DNA from: Thermoanaerobaculia bacterium
GTDB taxonomy: Bacteria; Acidobacteriota; Thermoanaerobaculia; Multivoradales; UBA5704
NCBI GenBank assembly: GCA_045807625.1
Contig: JBJMHA010000063.1
Location: 1,481 to 65,480, forward strand
Direction: 5' to 3'
DNA length: 64,000 nucleotides
In this document: positions 28,327 through 38,558 of the stretch, piece by piece
How positions within the stretch are numbered: the first letter of the stretch is position 1
How the letters are laid out: each line of letters opens with the position of its first letter
The notes under the pieces: generated by a model
The model's database searches: none
Told to the model about the DNA's origin: nothing
The model's input: only the letters and a program-made list of their open reading frames with translations
Made by a program: the position numbers and the translations under genes

Positions 28327-28980
28327 TTACGGGCGGGAGGGGGAGGGCTCGGGCTCCGGGCGGCCGGAGACGATGGTGGTGATGCCCGTGCCCGCGATGG
28401 CCGGGAGCAGCACCGCCTTGCGCTGCCACCAAGCGATCACGCAGGCGCGGCAGACCTCGTCGGCCCGGCGCACGCCGGCGGAATTGACGCGGGTGACCAC
28501 GCCGTCGCAGAGGAACGCCAGCACCTTCTTGCCCTGCTGCTTGGGGGAGGTCTCGCCCACGGTGAGGTTCTCGGCGACGCCGCGCTCCTTGGGGCCGAGC
28601 TGCACTTTGCAGTCGGCGGTGACCGGCACGCTGACCATGGGGGAGCGGGCCACGGTCTTGCCGGTGGGATCGACCAGGGCGCTGTAGTATTCGATGTGGT
28701 CGTTGCGCCGCTCGGGCTTCGGCGGGGTCGCCCAGAAACGGCCGCCCGGCTCCGCCTCCAGCGCCACCCAGTAGAAGTCCTCGTGCTCCATCCAGCGGAA
28801 GTAGAGGCGGGGGACCAGGCCCGGAGCCACCCCGGTGGCGGCGGCGCGCACGAGGCCGTTGTCTTCCGCCGGCATGCAGGCCGACTTTTCAGCCGTGATG
28901 GTCTGCCCCTGCGCCGGCGCTGTTCCGGAAATAACGCCGGCGAGGAGGAGCCCGGTAAGGAGTAGGGTGCTCGCTCTCAT
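28327..28980 (-). CDS. Secreted hypothetical protein
   Basis: Signal peptide MRASTLLLTGLLLAGVISGTAPAQG. Confidence 0.55.
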   Translation of the reverse strand: MRASTLLLTGLLLAGVISGTAPAQGQTITAEKSACMPAEDNGLVRAAATGVAPGLVPRLYFRWMEHEDFYWVALEAEPGGRFWATPPKPERRNDHIEYYSALVDPTGKTVARSPMVSVPVTADCKVQLGPKERGVAENLTVGETSPKQQGKKVLAFLCDGVVTRVNSAGVRRADEVCRACVIAWWQRKAVLLPAIAGTGITTIVSGRPEPEPSPSRP

Positions 28981-29063
28981 TTCGATCTCCCGTGTGACTT
29001 GGGGGTATTGTACCTGAAAGCGGTAAATTTCGCCTCCCCGGTCGGTTGGCCCTCATCACCCCG

Positions 29064-29171
29064 CCCTCTTCTCCCAGCCTCCCCCCCACCTGACGGGAGA
29101 AGAGAGAGAAGCTTGCCTGAAGGAGCCCCTCTCTCCCCGGAAGGGCGGGTGGAGGGCTGGGAGAAGAGGGC
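29064..29171. repeat. Inverted repeat (16-bp arms ccctcttctcccagcc / ggctgggagaagaggg) spanning an intergenic region
   Basis: Arms at 29064-29079 and 29156-29171, between the TPR gene 3' end and the upstream gene start (both minus). Confidence 0.35.
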
Positions 29172-29188
29172 CGGGGGAGTGAGGGCTC

Positions 29189-30124
29189 CTACTGCCCCAG
29201 AATCTTCCGAATATAAGTCTCCACATACGGCGTCCGTTTGAGGTTGGGCAGGGAGCGCTTGAGGGCCGCCGCGGCGCCGGAGGGGTCGCCGGACTCGTAG
29301 AGGGAGACGGCCATGTAGAAGAGCCGCTCGGGCTCCCCGTCGCCGGGGTCGCCGCCGCGCCGGAAGTAGGCGTTGGCGTCGCTCCAGCGGGAGATGCGGT
29401 AGGCCCCCTCGGCCGCCAGGTGCTGCGCCTCCTTGGAGTCCGGATGGGCGTCGGCCACCGCGCGGGCGAGCTCGAAGGCCTGACGCAGCTCCTTGGAGGG
29501 GCGCTGCGCGGCGAGGAGCTGGCGCGCCTGGTCGAGCTTCTTGCGCTCGGCCTCGGTGAGCGGCTTGCCGGCGGCCGGGGGCGGCGTGGAGGCCGTCTTC
29601 GCCGGGCCCGGCGGGCCGGCGGGCGCGGGATCGGGGGACTGCGGCAGCGCGGCGATCGGAGAGGCCGGGGCGGGCTTGACCGCCGGGCCGGCCGGGGCCG
29701 GCGCTCCGGGCTTCTTCGCCGGGGCGGGCCGGAAGGCGGGTGCCGCCGCCAGGGTGGCGGCGGGGATGCGGGCCGCCAGCTTCGCCTCCAGGGCGGCGCG
29801 CAGCTCGGGGGCGATCTCCCCCTGGCTGTACCCTTTGAAGCGGTCCTCGACCTCGGTCAGCCGGCGGAAGGTCTCGCGGAACCCCTCGACGTCGTTGGCG
29901 CCGTCCTGCGCCAGGAGCAGCCGGGCGAGGCAGTCGGCGAGCGGCTTGGGGTCCTCGAGCATGCCGAAGCAGGCGAGCCGGAGCTGGCGCGCCGCGGCCC
30001 CGTAGTCCTTGCGGTCGAAGGCCTGCTGGCCGTCGCGCAGCAGCCCCTGGTAGAACGGATCGACGGCGGCCAGGGCGGGGGAGGCCGCCAGGAGCATCAT
30101 CAGCAGCGGCAGGGCTTTCTTCAT
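29189..30124 (-). CDS. Secreted TPR-like protein with Pro/Ala-rich linker
   Basis: Signal peptide MKKALPLLMMLLAASPALAA, central PAPAKKPGAPAPAGP low-complexity region and helical repeats. 4-nt overlap with cpsB. Confidence 0.55.
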   Translation of the reverse strand: MKKALPLLMMLLAASPALAAVDPFYQGLLRDGQQAFDRKDYGAAARQLRLACFGMLEDPKPLADCLARLLLAQDGANDVEGFRETFRRLTEVEDRFKGYSQGEIAPELRAALEAKLAARIPAATLAAAPAFRPAPAKKPGAPAPAGPAVKPAPASPIAALPQSPDPAPAGPPGPAKTASTPPPAAGKPLTEAERKKLDQARQLLAAQRPSKELRQAFELARAVADAHPDSKEAQHLAAEGAYRISRWSDANAYFRRGGDPGDGEPERLFYMAVSLYESGDPSGAAAALKRSLPNLKRTPYVETYIRKILGQ

Positions 30125-30855
30125 ACGGCTTCCGGCAAAGGGCGGTTCTCCACCACCGCCCGGGGGTTGTCGGCGGCGAGGCGTCGCGCCGTCTCGCCGC
30201 CCCAGCGGCCCGCGACCAGGTCGTGGGCCCGGCGCAGCCCCGGGGGGCGGCGGCGGGTGTTGTGGGAGTCGCTGGCGAGGAAATGGACGAGCCCGGCGTC
30301 GAGCAGGGCCCAGGTGTGGGCTTGAGGACGGCGGCCGAAGTCGCCGGTGACGCTCATCGCCGTCACCTGGGTGAGGGCGCCGAGCGCGACCAGACGGGCC
30401 ACCCGCGCGAGGTCGGCCGCCAGCCAGGGGATGAACTCGGGGTGGGCGACGACCGGCCGCCAGCCGGCCACCGCCAGCTCGTGGACGAGGTGGACCGCCT
30501 CGGCCTCGGTGCCGGCGGAATCGAATTCGATCAGCAGGTAGCGGGAGCCGGCGAGTGGCAGCACGCCCCCGCCTCCGGGCAGCTTCTCGATCTCCTCGAG
30601 CAGCCCGGAATCGACGTGGATCTCCCCCCCCAGGTAGACGCGGAAGCCGGGTCCCACTTGCGTCTGGAGCTGGCCGGCGAGGGCCGCGAGCTGCCCGGGG
30701 TCGGCGTTCCACCACTCGCCGCGCCGCTGGTGGGGGGTGGCCACCATGGCCTCGCAGCCGTCGGCGGCGGCCAGGCGGCACATGGCCACCGCCTCGGTGA
30801 AGCTGCCGGCGCCGTCGTCGACGCCGGGCAGGATGTGGCAGTGCAGGTCGATCAT
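30121..30855 (-). CDS. cpsB: Tyrosine-protein phosphatase, PHP-type (CpsB/YwqE family; Wzb functional analog)
   Basis: MIDLHCHILPGVDDG...ATPH...SDSH metal-binding histidines. Confidence 0.85.
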   Translation of the reverse strand: MIDLHCHILPGVDDGAGSFTEAVAMCRLAAADGCEAMVATPHQRRGEWWNADPGQLAALAGQLQTQVGPGFRVYLGGEIHVDSGLLEEIEKLPGGGGVLPLAGSRYLLIEFDSAGTEAEAVHLVHELAVAGWRPVVAHPEFIPWLAADLARVARLVALGALTQVTAMSVTGDFGRRPQAHTWALLDAGLVHFLASDSHNTRRRPPGLRRAHDLVAGRWGGETARRLAADNPRAVVENRPLPEAV

Positions 30856-30870
30856 TACCGGGTCTGCAGA

Positions 30871-33198
30871 TCAGGCGGCGGAGCCGGCCTTCCCGGCCTT
30901 CCTCGGCTCGCTCTCCTCGGCGCCGTAGGACTCGTAGTACCGGTAGCGCTTGCCGAGGCCCGTCTGGACGGAGCGGTAGCGGTTGAGCACCGCGCCCAGG
31001 ATCTTGATGCCCGCCTGGCGCAGGCGGTCGCGGCAGAGCCGCGCCTCCTCCCGGGTGACCTTGCCGCTGCGCAGGGTCAGCATCACGCCGTCCGCCAGCA
31101 GGCCGACGATGGTGGCGTCGGTCACCGCCAGGGCGGGCGGGGTGTCGAGGACGACGAAGTCGAAGCGCGAGCGCACCGCCTTCAGCCAGTCGCGCATGCG
31201 GTCGGAGGAGAGCAGCTCCGAGGGGTTGGGCGGGATCGGCCCCGAGGGGGTGATCCAGAGGTTCGGCACCTCGGTGGGCAGGAAGACCGCCTCCGGCTCC
31301 GCCGTGGCGGTGAGCTGGTTGACCAAGCCGAAGCGGTTGGAGACGCGGAAGACCTGGTGCAGGCGCGGCTTGCGCAGATCGCAATCGACGATCAGCACCT
31401 GGCGGCCGAGCTGGGCGAGCACCACGGCGAGGTTGGACGCGGTGGCGGTCTTCCCCTCGCCGGCCACCGCCGAGGTGACGGCGATCGCCTTCAGCTCGCG
31501 GGCCGAGGAGAGCATCAGGGCGGTGCGCAGCGAGCGGTAGGACTCGGAGATCAGCGTGCGCGGCCGCTCGTGCGGCACCAGCTCGATCTGGCTCGGCGGC
31601 AGGGCGGCGGCCGGCGCCTTCTTCTTCTCCAGCCAGCCGGCGGCGATCTTGGCCTTCCCCGGGCGCGCCCGCGGCTTCTCCTCGGGGGGAGCCTCGCCGT
31701 AGCCGTAGGCCGAGTAGCCGTAGCTCTTGCCCGCCTCGGAGAGGTCCTGGATCACCGCCAGGGTCGGCAGCCCCAGCCGGCGCTCCACCTCCTCGGGCGC
31801 CTTGACCGTGCGGTCGAGGAATTCGACCAGCACGGCGCAGCCGATGCCGAACAGCAGCCCGAGCAGCAGGCCGTAGCTGAGGTCCTTGCGCAGCGACGGC
31901 TGGAAGGGCCCGCCGGGCACCATCGCCTTGTCGACGATGCGGATGTTCGACTGCCGGGTGTCCTGGAGGCGCACGGCGACCTCGGTCTCGGACTGCTTGC
32001 GCAGCAGCTCGTCGAGCAGGTCGCGGCGGGTCTGGATCTCCACCTTGAGGTTGGTGTACTCGACGGCGGCGGAGTTCTGGTCGATCGCCTCGCGCTTGAG
32101 GGCGCTGAGCTCATTGTCCAGCTCCTGCTCCTGGCGCAGCGCCGTCTGGTAGGAGGCGAGGGCGTTGTTCTTGGCCTTGTCGACCTGCTCGCCGACCACC
32201 TCGTTGAGGTGCTGGCGCGTCTTCTCGATCTCGGCCCGGAGCGCCACCATGTCGGGGAAGTCGGGCTTGTAGGTCTTGAGCTTGGTCTCGTAATCCCGCT
32301 CGAGCTTGAGGAGCTGGCCGCGCTGCTCGCCGACCACACCGCTGGTGAGACTGTCGGACATCGACCCGCGGGGCCCGTTCAGCGTCTCGTGGTACTGGGC
32401 CTCGCGCTCGATGCGCAGCTTCTTGGCCTCGCCGTACTGGGTGTTGAGCGCCTCCAGCCGCTTGAGGGTGACGTTCGTCCCCGGGTCCATGGTGACGATG
32501 TCGCTGCGGCGGCTGAACGCCTGGAGCTGGGTCTCCTTGTCCTGGATCTCCCCCTTCAGCTTCTCGATCTGCGAGGAGAGGAAGGTGGAGGCCTTGCCGG
32601 CGGTGGCGAAGCGGTCCTCGACCCCCATGTCGATGTAGGCCTCGGCGAAGGCGTTGGCGGCCTTGGCGGCGAACTCGGGGGTGGCGGCGCGGAAGGAGAG
32701 CTGCACGAGCTGGGTGTTGCGCTCCGGCTCGACCGAGAGGCCGCCGCGGAGCTGGTCGGCGAGGGCGCCGAGCACCGTCTCGTCGGCCTCGGCGGTGCCC
32801 GCCTTGGCCCCCTCGCGCGCGGCGCCGGGGTTGAAGGCGGGGTCCTCCATCAGGTCGAGGCTCTTGACCACCCGCTCGGCCAGCCCGCGGCTCTGCAGGA
32901 GCTCATACTGGGTGGGGTAGAACTCCATGTTCCAGTAGTTCTCCAGCCAGGGGTTCTGGGCGTTGCCGAGCGGCGTCAGGTTGCGGCGCTCGATCTGGAT
33001 GACCGTCGTCGACTGGTAGGCCTTGGGGGTAATCGCGTAGTGGATGCCGGCGCCGGCGAGCCCCAGGGTGCAACAGACGGCGGCCAGCTTCCAGTGCCGC
33101 CGCAGCATGCCGAGGTACTCGGCGAGGTTGAAGTCGGACTCGGGCTCGGGGGCGAGCTCCGGCTCGTCATCGATCGGAACGGGAGTGAGAGGGCTCAA
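30871..33198 (-). CDS. wzc: Polysaccharide co-polymerase / tyrosine autokinase (Wzc, PCP-2a with C-terminal BY-kinase)
   Basis: Two TM segments flank a long coiled-coil periplasmic domain. C-terminal Walker A SAVAGEGKTATASNLA, Walker B VVLDTPP and a Tyr-rich tail YRYYESYGAEE. TTG start with a perfect AAGGAG RBS, overlapping the wza stop. Confidence 0.85.
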   Translation of the reverse strand: MSPLTPVPIDDEPELAPEPESDFNLAEYLGMLRRHWKLAAVCCTLGLAGAGIHYAITPKAYQSTTVIQIERRNLTPLGNAQNPWLENYWNMEFYPTQYELLQSRGLAERVVKSLDLMEDPAFNPGAAREGAKAGTAEADETVLGALADQLRGGLSVEPERNTQLVQLSFRAATPEFAAKAANAFAEAYIDMGVEDRFATAGKASTFLSSQIEKLKGEIQDKETQLQAFSRRSDIVTMDPGTNVTLKRLEALNTQYGEAKKLRIEREAQYHETLNGPRGSMSDSLTSGVVGEQRGQLLKLERDYETKLKTYKPDFPDMVALRAEIEKTRQHLNEVVGEQVDKAKNNALASYQTALRQEQELDNELSALKREAIDQNSAAVEYTNLKVEIQTRRDLLDELLRKQSETEVAVRLQDTRQSNIRIVDKAMVPGGPFQPSLRKDLSYGLLLGLLFGIGCAVLVEFLDRTVKAPEEVERRLGLPTLAVIQDLSEAGKSYGYSAYGYGEAPPEEKPRARPGKAKIAAGWLEKKKAPAAALPPSQIELVPHERPRTLISESYRSLRTALMLSSARELKAIAVTSAVAGEGKTATASNLAVVLAQLGRQVLIVDCDLRKPRLHQVFRVSNRFGLVNQLTATAEPEAVFLPTEVPNLWITPSGPIPPNPSELLSSDRMRDWLKAVRSRFDFVVLDTPPALAVTDATIVGLLADGVMLTLRSGKVTREEARLCRDRLRQAGIKILGAVLNRYRSVQTGLGKRYRYYESYGAEESEPRKAGKAGSAA

Positions 33199-34031
33199 AA
33201 GAAGGACTCCTTGACCACGATGACATCCCCCTGCCGGAGCTCGAGGTCGGGCTCCTTGCCGGCGAGGATCTTGTTGTAGTCGACGGTGATCTCGGTACGG
33301 CCGTCGGCCGGGGCGATCCGCTTGACCAGGATCTTCTTCGACGCGCGGTCGGTCAGCCCCCCGGCATGGGCGATGGCGGTGAGCACGGTGATCCGCTCGT
33401 TGCTCTTGAAGGGGAGGGCTCCCGGCCGCGCTACCTCCCCCAGGCAGTAGACGGTGACCTCGACGGTCACCGGCACGTTGATCAGGTCGTTGGGGAAGAT
33501 CGGGATGTTGACCCGCGTGTCCCCCCGCACCATCAGGTCGTCGAGGTTGATCGTCACCTGGTCGGAGAGGCCGTTGTCGGCCCGCCGCAGCACGTAGACC
33601 ACGTTGCCGTGGTTCTCGGCCAGCCCGCCCGCCGCGGCCACCGCCTCCAGCAGCGTCCAGCGCCCCGAGAAGCTGAGGTTGCCCGGCGCCTTGATGGCGC
33701 CGATCACCGAGATCGGGCGCGAGCGGAACTCCACCACCTGCACGGCGACCGACGCCCGCTGCATGTATTTCTCGACCAGGAGCCGGCTGACGAGCTGCTC
33801 GGCCTCGCTCGTGGTCTTGCCCGCCACGGTGACGTCGCCGATCAGGGGGAGGTTGATCGTGCCGGACTCGGAGACCCGGCGGTCGCCGTTGAGCTTCTCG
33901 TCCTCGTCGACGCGCACGCTGAGCAGGTCGCGCGCGCCGATCCGGTACGCCGGGTCCTTTCCCCCCTGCGCCCGGGCAACGCCCGCGCACACCAGGGACA
34001 GGATCATCAAATGAACAGCTATCTTCCTCAT
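33195..34031 (-). CDS. wza: Polysaccharide export outer-membrane lipoprotein Wza (Poly_export + SLBB domains)
   Basis: Signal/lipobox MRKIAVHLMILSLVCAG. PES motif region YRIGARDLLSVRV and SLBB repeats. Confidence 0.85.
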   Translation of the reverse strand: MRKIAVHLMILSLVCAGVARAQGGKDPAYRIGARDLLSVRVDEDEKLNGDRRVSESGTINLPLIGDVTVAGKTTSEAEQLVSRLLVEKYMQRASVAVQVVEFRSRPISVIGAIKAPGNLSFSGRWTLLEAVAAAGGLAENHGNVVYVLRRADNGLSDQVTINLDDLMVRGDTRVNIPIFPNDLINVPVTVEVTVYCLGEVARPGALPFKSNERITVLTAIAHAGGLTDRASKKILVKRIAPADGRTEITVDYNKILAGKEPDLELRQGDVIVVKESFF

Positions 34032-34126
34032 GATGCTTGTGTTACCGCGAATCCATGGTACCGCAAGAGGGCGCCGCGGTCCAGCGTCCCGTCGATCGCC
34101 CGTTACTTGGCCTCGTTCTTGGCCGG

Positions 34127-35434
34127 TTATCGGATGTCCGCCAGGGTGACCGTCGCCCCCACGGAGGTGTAGGAGCGGCTCGCGCCGGGGAGGTTGGAGT
34201 CGTAGCGGGACCGCACCCCCTCGATCCCCAGCCGCAGCGACCGGCGCAGCTCGACGATGACCGAGCCGCCGAAGGAGGTGACGTCGTCCCGGCGGCGCGG
34301 GGCAACGGCAGAGAAGGCGGTGTAGTCGTTGCGCCCCCGCTCGGTGAAGATCCGCCCGCGGGTGCGCTGGCCGAAGCCCACCGTCAGGGCGGCGCCCAGG
34401 CGCTCGTCGGTCAGATACGAATAGAGGGGGGACAGCGAGTAGTCCAGGGTGCGGCTGGAATAGAGGGTCGCGGTGGCGCGCGTCTGCGACCCTCCCACGT
34501 CGAGCGCGGCGTTGCCCGTCACGCCGTGGAAGGGGACCAGCTCGGTCCCCCGGCGGGCGGTGAGCGAACGGTCGGCGGCGTCGGCCTGGAGCCCGAAATG
34601 GTTCCCCCGGAAGTGGACCTCGACCACCGGCGCGGTGCCGGAATTCGAGCGGTCGAGGGCCCCCCGGTGCGTGAAGTCGGACTCGGAGCGCTCCCCAGCC
34701 AGCGCGACCGACCATCGCTGCTCGGGGCGCCAGCGCACCCCCAGCCGTTCCGCCCGCTCGTCGCGGTCGAGCAGGCGGAGGTCGCCGGTGAGCGGATCGT
34801 CAGTGATCACGTTGTTCTGCCGGTTGAAGGCGGTGACGGTGAAGAGCGAGAGCGCGTGGGAGAGCCGGAGCTCGGCCACCAGCTCGCCGCCGTCGACGCG
34901 GGTGCTCACCGGCACCGGCACCTCGGGGGTGACGACCTGCTGCCCCTGCTGGCGCCCCGCCTGGACCTCCACGGTGAGGTGGTTGAAATAGCCGTTGTAG
35001 CCGAGCAGATAGCGGCCGTTGAGCTGCCGCCGCTGGATCTGCTTCTGCCACCAGGCGTACTCGGGGAGCACCTGGGCGGTCCAGGTGGCCTTGGCGCCGT
35101 TGCGCAGGTAGGCGCGGAACCCCGCGCCCACGGTGGCGGTGAGGTCGCTCGGGAGCCGCTGCCCCTGGCCGCTGCTGAGCAGGCTGCGCACGTAGGCGAT
35201 GTCGCGCAGCGTGGCCCAGGGAGCGATGCGCACGGGGCCCAGCCGGTAGCGAGCCTCGGCCAGCGCGCGCTCGAGCTCCTCCCGGCGCGACTCCGGCCGC
35301 TGCTGCGGCCCCCCGGGCGGCGTATACTGGACGGGAAACTGGGCTATAGCGGTATTGGCCGTCAGGAAGAGGGCCGTCATCCAGAAGGCCGCCAGGCAGA
35401 GGATCGAGGTCGAGGATCGCATCTTGAGGCGCAT
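34127..35434 (-). CDS. Outer-membrane beta-barrel protein, EPS-locus associated
   Basis: Signal peptide ...TANTAIAQ. Alternating amphipathic beta-strand pattern and C-terminal aromatic residue. Confidence 0.55.
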   Translation of the reverse strand: MRLKMRSSTSILCLAAFWMTALFLTANTAIAQFPVQYTPPGGPQQRPESRREELERALAEARYRLGPVRIAPWATLRDIAYVRSLLSSGQGQRLPSDLTATVGAGFRAYLRNGAKATWTAQVLPEYAWWQKQIQRRQLNGRYLLGYNGYFNHLTVEVQAGRQQGQQVVTPEVPVPVSTRVDGGELVAELRLSHALSLFTVTAFNRQNNVITDDPLTGDLRLLDRDERAERLGVRWRPEQRWSVALAGERSESDFTHRGALDRSNSGTAPVVEVHFRGNHFGLQADAADRSLTARRGTELVPFHGVTGNAALDVGGSQTRATATLYSSRTLDYSLSPLYSYLTDERLGAALTVGFGQRTRGRIFTERGRNDYTAFSAVAPRRRDDVTSFGGSVIVELRRSLRLGIEGVRSRYDSNLPGASRSYTSVGATVTLADIR

Positions 35435-35503
35435 GATCTCCCCACGGCGGGCATGCCCGGGTGCTGCGAGGGCTCCGCTGTCGAAGGCGTTCGGGTCGGC
35501 GCC

Positions 35504-37018
35504 ATGATACGTCATTCCGGCTCTCTTCTCGCCATTCTGCTGGCCCTGGTCCTGCTCTGGGCGCCCCTCCCGTTCGGCGGGGTGACGCCGTGGGCCGGGG
35601 CCCTCCTCGCGGCGCTCTGCTTCGGCGCCCTGGCCCTCGCCACGGCGGCGATGGAGAGCCCCCGGGCGCTGCGTCCGGCGGCCCTGCCCGCGGGGGCCCT
35701 CGCCGCCCTGGCCCTGCTCGGCCTGCTCCAGGCGGCGCCGCTGCCGGCCGGCCTGGTGGCGGCCGTCTCCCCCGGGCACGGCGAGATCGAGCGCCAGGCG
35801 GCGGCCCTGGGAGCGGCGGCCCCGGCGCGGCTGACCCTCGCCGTCTCCTCCACCCGGCGGGCGGCCCTCGGCTGGGCGGCGGCGGCGGCGGCCTTCCTCG
35901 CCGCGGCGGTGGCCGGCCAGCGGCGCGGCCTCCGGCGCTGGCTGGGCGGCGCGGTGGTCGCCGGCGCCCTCTTCCAGGTCTTCTTCGGCGCCCGCGACTG
36001 GTTCGCCCGCTCGACCACCCTCTGGGGGGTGGACCTGCACGCCAGCGCCACGCGCCTGCGCGGCACCTTCGTCAACCCCAACCACCTGGCGGCCTATCTG
36101 GAGATGGCGCTGCCGGTCGCCTTCGCCTGGAGCTGGTGGGCCCTCCGCCGCGCCCGCGACGAGCCGCGGATCGAGCGCCGGATCGCCCTCGCGGCCCCCC
36201 CGGCGATGCTCTGGTTGACCCTGTTCACCGGCCTCTCCTTCACCGGCTCGCGCGGCGGCCTGCTGGCGGCGGTGGCCGCCGTCTCGGTCCAGGGGGTACT
36301 GGTGGCGGGGGAGCGCCGCCGCTGGTGGCTCGCCCCGCTGGGGACGGCGGTGGCGCTCGCCGGGGTGGCCGCGGTGGCGGCGGTCGGCTGGCAGGAGGGG
36401 CTCGGCCGCCTGCTCTCCACCAACGCCGCGGACGTGAGCTGGGGGGCCCGCCTGCGCGAGTACGGCGCGGCGCTCGACCTCTGGCGGCGCTTCCCGGCCA
36501 CCGGCACGGGGCTCGGCACCTTCCGCGACGCCTTCCCCCTCGTCCAGCCCACCGATCTCCAGGGCACCTGGTGGCACCCCCACGGCGACCTCCTGGAGGT
36601 GCTGGTGACGGCGGGGCTCGCGGGGGTGGCGCTGCTGGCGGCGGGGCTCTGGGGGCTGACCGCGCGGCTGCTGGCGGTGCTGCGCGCCGGCGGTCGGTCG
36701 GAGGACCGCGCGGCGGCCCTGGCGGCGCTGGGGGTCCTGGTCTCACTCGCCGTGCACGAGGGGCTGGACTTCGGCCTCTCCATGCCGGGCAACGCCGTCA
36801 CCCTGGCCGTCCTCCTCGGCGCCGCGGCGGCGGCGCGGGTGCGCGAGAGCTCAGCGGAGCTCGGTCACGCCCGGCAGGACCCGGCTCCCGTCGAGGCTCT
36901 CGAGCTCCAGCACGTGGAGCCCGCGCCCGAGCGGCGCCGCCGCCCAAAGCGGCGCCGCCGCGGCTCCCGCGGGCGGCTGGACGGGGAAGTACCCCAGCGC
37001 CGCCCCGTCGAGCCGTAG
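35504..37018 (+). CDS. O-antigen ligase/polymerase family membrane protein (Wzy-like)
   Basis: Polytopic membrane protein with a periplasmic loop carrying the Wzy_C-like motif (GTWWHPHGDLLEVLVTAGLAG). The 5' part of ORF 34037.. is rejected. Confidence 0.7.
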   Translation: MIRHSGSLLAILLALVLLWAPLPFGGVTPWAGALLAALCFGALALATAAMESPRALRPAALPAGALAALALLGLLQAAPLPAGLVAAVSPGHGEIERQAAALGAAAPARLTLAVSSTRRAALGWAAAAAAFLAAAVAGQRRGLRRWLGGAVVAGALFQVFFGARDWFARSTTLWGVDLHASATRLRGTFVNPNHLAAYLEMALPVAFAWSWWALRRARDEPRIERRIALAAPPAMLWLTLFTGLSFTGSRGGLLAAVAAVSVQGVLVAGERRRWWLAPLGTAVALAGVAAVAAVGWQEGLGRLLSTNAADVSWGARLREYGAALDLWRRFPATGTGLGTFRDAFPLVQPTDLQGTWWHPHGDLLEVLVTAGLAGVALLAAGLWGLTARLLAVLRAGGRSEDRAAALAALGVLVSLAVHEGLDFGLSMPGNAVTLAVLLGAAAAARVRESSAELGHARQDPAPVEALELQHVEPAPERRRRPKRRRRGSRGRLDGEVPQRRPVEP

Positions 37019-38497
37019 CTCCACCAGCGCGCCGTTCGCCGGCACCTGGTCGAGCGCCAGGGCGAAGCCGGCGGCGGGCGCGGCGGTCATCATCTCCAGC
37101 CGGGCGGTCCCGCGGTGCCAGGTCCACTCCTGGGGCGCCCAGGACCGCCGCGTCAGCCCGGCGAGCCGCGCCGTGGCCCGGGCGCCCCCGGCGGCGTCTC
37201 CGGCCGCCCGCGCCACCTCGGCCTGCGCCTGCCAGTAGAGCGGCCCTCCCTGCCAGGAGAGGTGCACCAGCGCGAGGGCCTCCCGCGCCTCGTCGGCCTG
37301 GCCGCGGGCGGCGAGCACCCGCGCCTTGGCGATCAGGTAGGGGGCCCAGGGCTCGGTGCCCAGCCCCTCGGTACGCCGCTCGTAGAGCAACGCCCGTGGC
37401 AGGTCCGCCGCGAACAGGGCGGCGAGCGCCGCCTGCGACGGCTCCTGGTCGCGCACGAAGTGGGCGAGCCGCTTGAGGACGGCCGGCGGCAGGTCGCAGC
37501 TCGCGAACAGGCAGCGGTCGAGGGCGCGGGCGAGGTGGGGGGCGAGCCGCCGGGCGGTGGCGGCGTCGACCGGGCCGGGGGGGCAGCGCTCCAGGGCGTT
37601 CTGGAGGAGGCCGAGATAGCGGGCCTCCGGCCGCGCCCGCGCGGCCACCGAAAGATAGAGCTGGCGGGCCTCCCCGTCGTCCTCCTGGTCGCTCAGGCGG
37701 TCGGCCCGCGCGAGGTCCGTCCGCAGCCGGGAGAGCAGCGACCGCTCCCCCCGCTGCCGGGCCGCGGTGAGCCCCGCGAGGTCGCGGCGCTCGGCGAACG
37801 CCCGCTCCACCTTCTCCCAGGCCTCGGGATCGTCCGGCAGCACGGAGAAGGCCTCGCTCCGGTCGGCGGCGGTGTCCAGCCAGGGGGGGAGCAGGAGAGC
37901 GAGCTCGCCGGGATCGCGGAAGACCTCGGCCAGCAGGCCGCGGGCGATCTCCCGCTTGCGCGGTGAGAGGGCCGGCCAGATCTCCAGGTAGGCGGCGGCC
38001 AGGAAGCGCACCGGCTCCCGCTTGGCGGGGGCCAGCCGCAGGGCCGTCTCGAGCGGCGCCTCCCATTGCCGGTAGGCGGTGAACAGGCGCGGGTCCCGCG
38101 CCTGCGACCAGGCGAGATAGGTGGCCGCGCCCGCCACCAGGGCCGCCTCCCAGGAGGCCGGCCGGAGGGCCAGCACCTCGCGGGCGGCGGCCGCCGTCCC
38201 CGCCATCCGCTCCGCGCTCTCGCGCGCCGCCTGCGTGGGGGGGAGCCCCTGGCGGCGGGCCGGCTCGAGCTCGGCGGCCAGCACGGCCCGGGCGGCGCGC
38301 AGGCGCACCCCGTCGGGGTCGGGCTCGCGGCCCAGAGCCGGCGGGTCCAGGGCCACCCCGTCGCGCTCCAGCCAGGCGGCCGCCGCGGCGCGCGACGTCC
38401 GCAGGGCCCGGTACTCCACGGCGGGCACCAGGGCGAGGGCGACCGCCGCCAGCGCCAGAAAGGCGCGCAGGACCGGTTCAGTCCATCGGGAAGGCAT
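36851..38497 (-). CDS. Membrane-anchored hypothetical protein (helical-repeat periplasmic domain)
   Basis: Start MPSRWTEPVLRAFLALAAVALALVP. Convergent overlap with the Wzy-like gene. Confidence 0.5.
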   Translation of the reverse strand: MPSRWTEPVLRAFLALAAVALALVPAVEYRALRTSRAAAAAWLERDGVALDPPALGREPDPDGVRLRAARAVLAAELEPARRQGLPPTQAARESAERMAGTAAAAREVLALRPASWEAALVAGAATYLAWSQARDPRLFTAYRQWEAPLETALRLAPAKREPVRFLAAAYLEIWPALSPRKREIARGLLAEVFRDPGELALLLPPWLDTAADRSEAFSVLPDDPEAWEKVERAFAERRDLAGLTAARQRGERSLLSRLRTDLARADRLSDQEDDGEARQLYLSVAARARPEARYLGLLQNALERCPPGPVDAATARRLAPHLARALDRCLFASCDLPPAVLKRLAHFVRDQEPSQAALAALFAADLPRALLYERRTEGLGTEPWAPYLIAKARVLAARGQADEAREALALVHLSWQGGPLYWQAQAEVARAAGDAAGGARATARLAGLTRRSWAPQEWTWHRGTARLEMMTAAPAAGFALALDQVPANGALVELRLDGAALGYFPVQPPAGAAAAPLWAAAPLGRGLHVLELESLDGSRVLPGVTELR

Positions 38498-38558
38498 GGG
38501 AGAATGGTAGCAGGGATCGCGAATTCGCCGATTCCCGAGACCTCGTATCCTTCTCCCC

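Noticed and set aside
34037-35503. N-terminal 490-aa extension of the Wzy-like ORF 34037..37018
   Set aside because: It is antisense to the Wza 5' end and the outer-membrane protein gene, with junk composition. A proper membrane-protein start (MIRHSGSLLAILLAL) lies at 35504.
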